Positions 63,660 to 64,000 of a DNA stretch of 64,000 nucleotides are shown here, piece after piece (positions within the stretch are counted from its first letter, which is position 1; each line of letters starts with the position of its first letter). The stretch is from assembly GCF_006345805.1 (NCBI RefSeq), contig NC_043000.1, positions 4,030,001-4,094,000 on the forward strand, written 5' to 3'. Both the position numbers and the translations under genes were made by a program. The DNA is from Octopus sinensis (Eukaryota). The notes below the pieces were generated by a model. That model saw nothing but the letters and a program-made list of their open reading frames with translations, did not search any database and was not told where the DNA came from.

Positions 63660-63772
63660 CCTCCTTCTTTCTTTCCTTTCCTGAGCGTCCAAGAATACTA
63701 TACTTGTTCCACGTCCTCACGTTGTTGTGTTCTTTGTTTTCTCTTTGTTCATGTTTGGATTAACTATAAATA

Positions 63773-63814
<42 letters not shown>

Positions 63815-63862
63815 TTAAAAAGAAAATACCCACACTTACATGGTTTTAATATAATTTTTAAT

Positions 63863-63897
63863 ATATCGACCGGTTTCACTATCGCTATTCATGATAT
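63863..63897 (-). ncRNA. Hammerhead remnant (CUG of the core missing)
   Basis: AUAUC ---AUGA A-UA GCGA UAGU GAAA CCGGUC/GAUAU: stem I AUAUC:GAUAU, GNRA-capped stem II, palindromic ACCGGU stem III, GUC triplet. Confidence 0.4.
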
Positions 63898-64000
63898 TAT
63901 GTTTTATTTATTTGAATATATATTTTTATATATATATATATCTTCGGAATTCCTGCGGAGTTGAGATTCTAAAATAGGTACCAGTAATACACTGAGTTCA

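Overview
AT-rich, repeat-dense animal genomic DNA; the SINE/LINE/MITE repertoire suggests a cephalopod, probably Octopus (inference). No prokaryotic features, rRNA, true tRNA or CRISPR array, and almost all ORF-track entries are repeat artefacts. The window is a mosaic of at least three tRNA-derived SINE families, many 3' ends of RTE-type LINEs (one with about 0.75 kb of broken RT ORF), three non-autonomous Helitrons, Tc1/mariner-, pogo- and piggyBac-type MITEs, and several minisatellites. A weakly supported chain of very short + strand exons (5.5-10.4 kb, perhaps more) may belong to a host gene I cannot name. The most interesting signal is five minimal type I hammerhead-ribozyme motifs, representing four unrelated sequence families and of the kind known from Penelope-like elements, in the last 9 kb. 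One family is fused to a tRNA-like Pol III head and sits in a ~500-bp head-to-head palindrome. A second signal is a SINE that recurs as head-to-tail multimers with the same junction; three of the four loci are bounded by a single target-site duplication.
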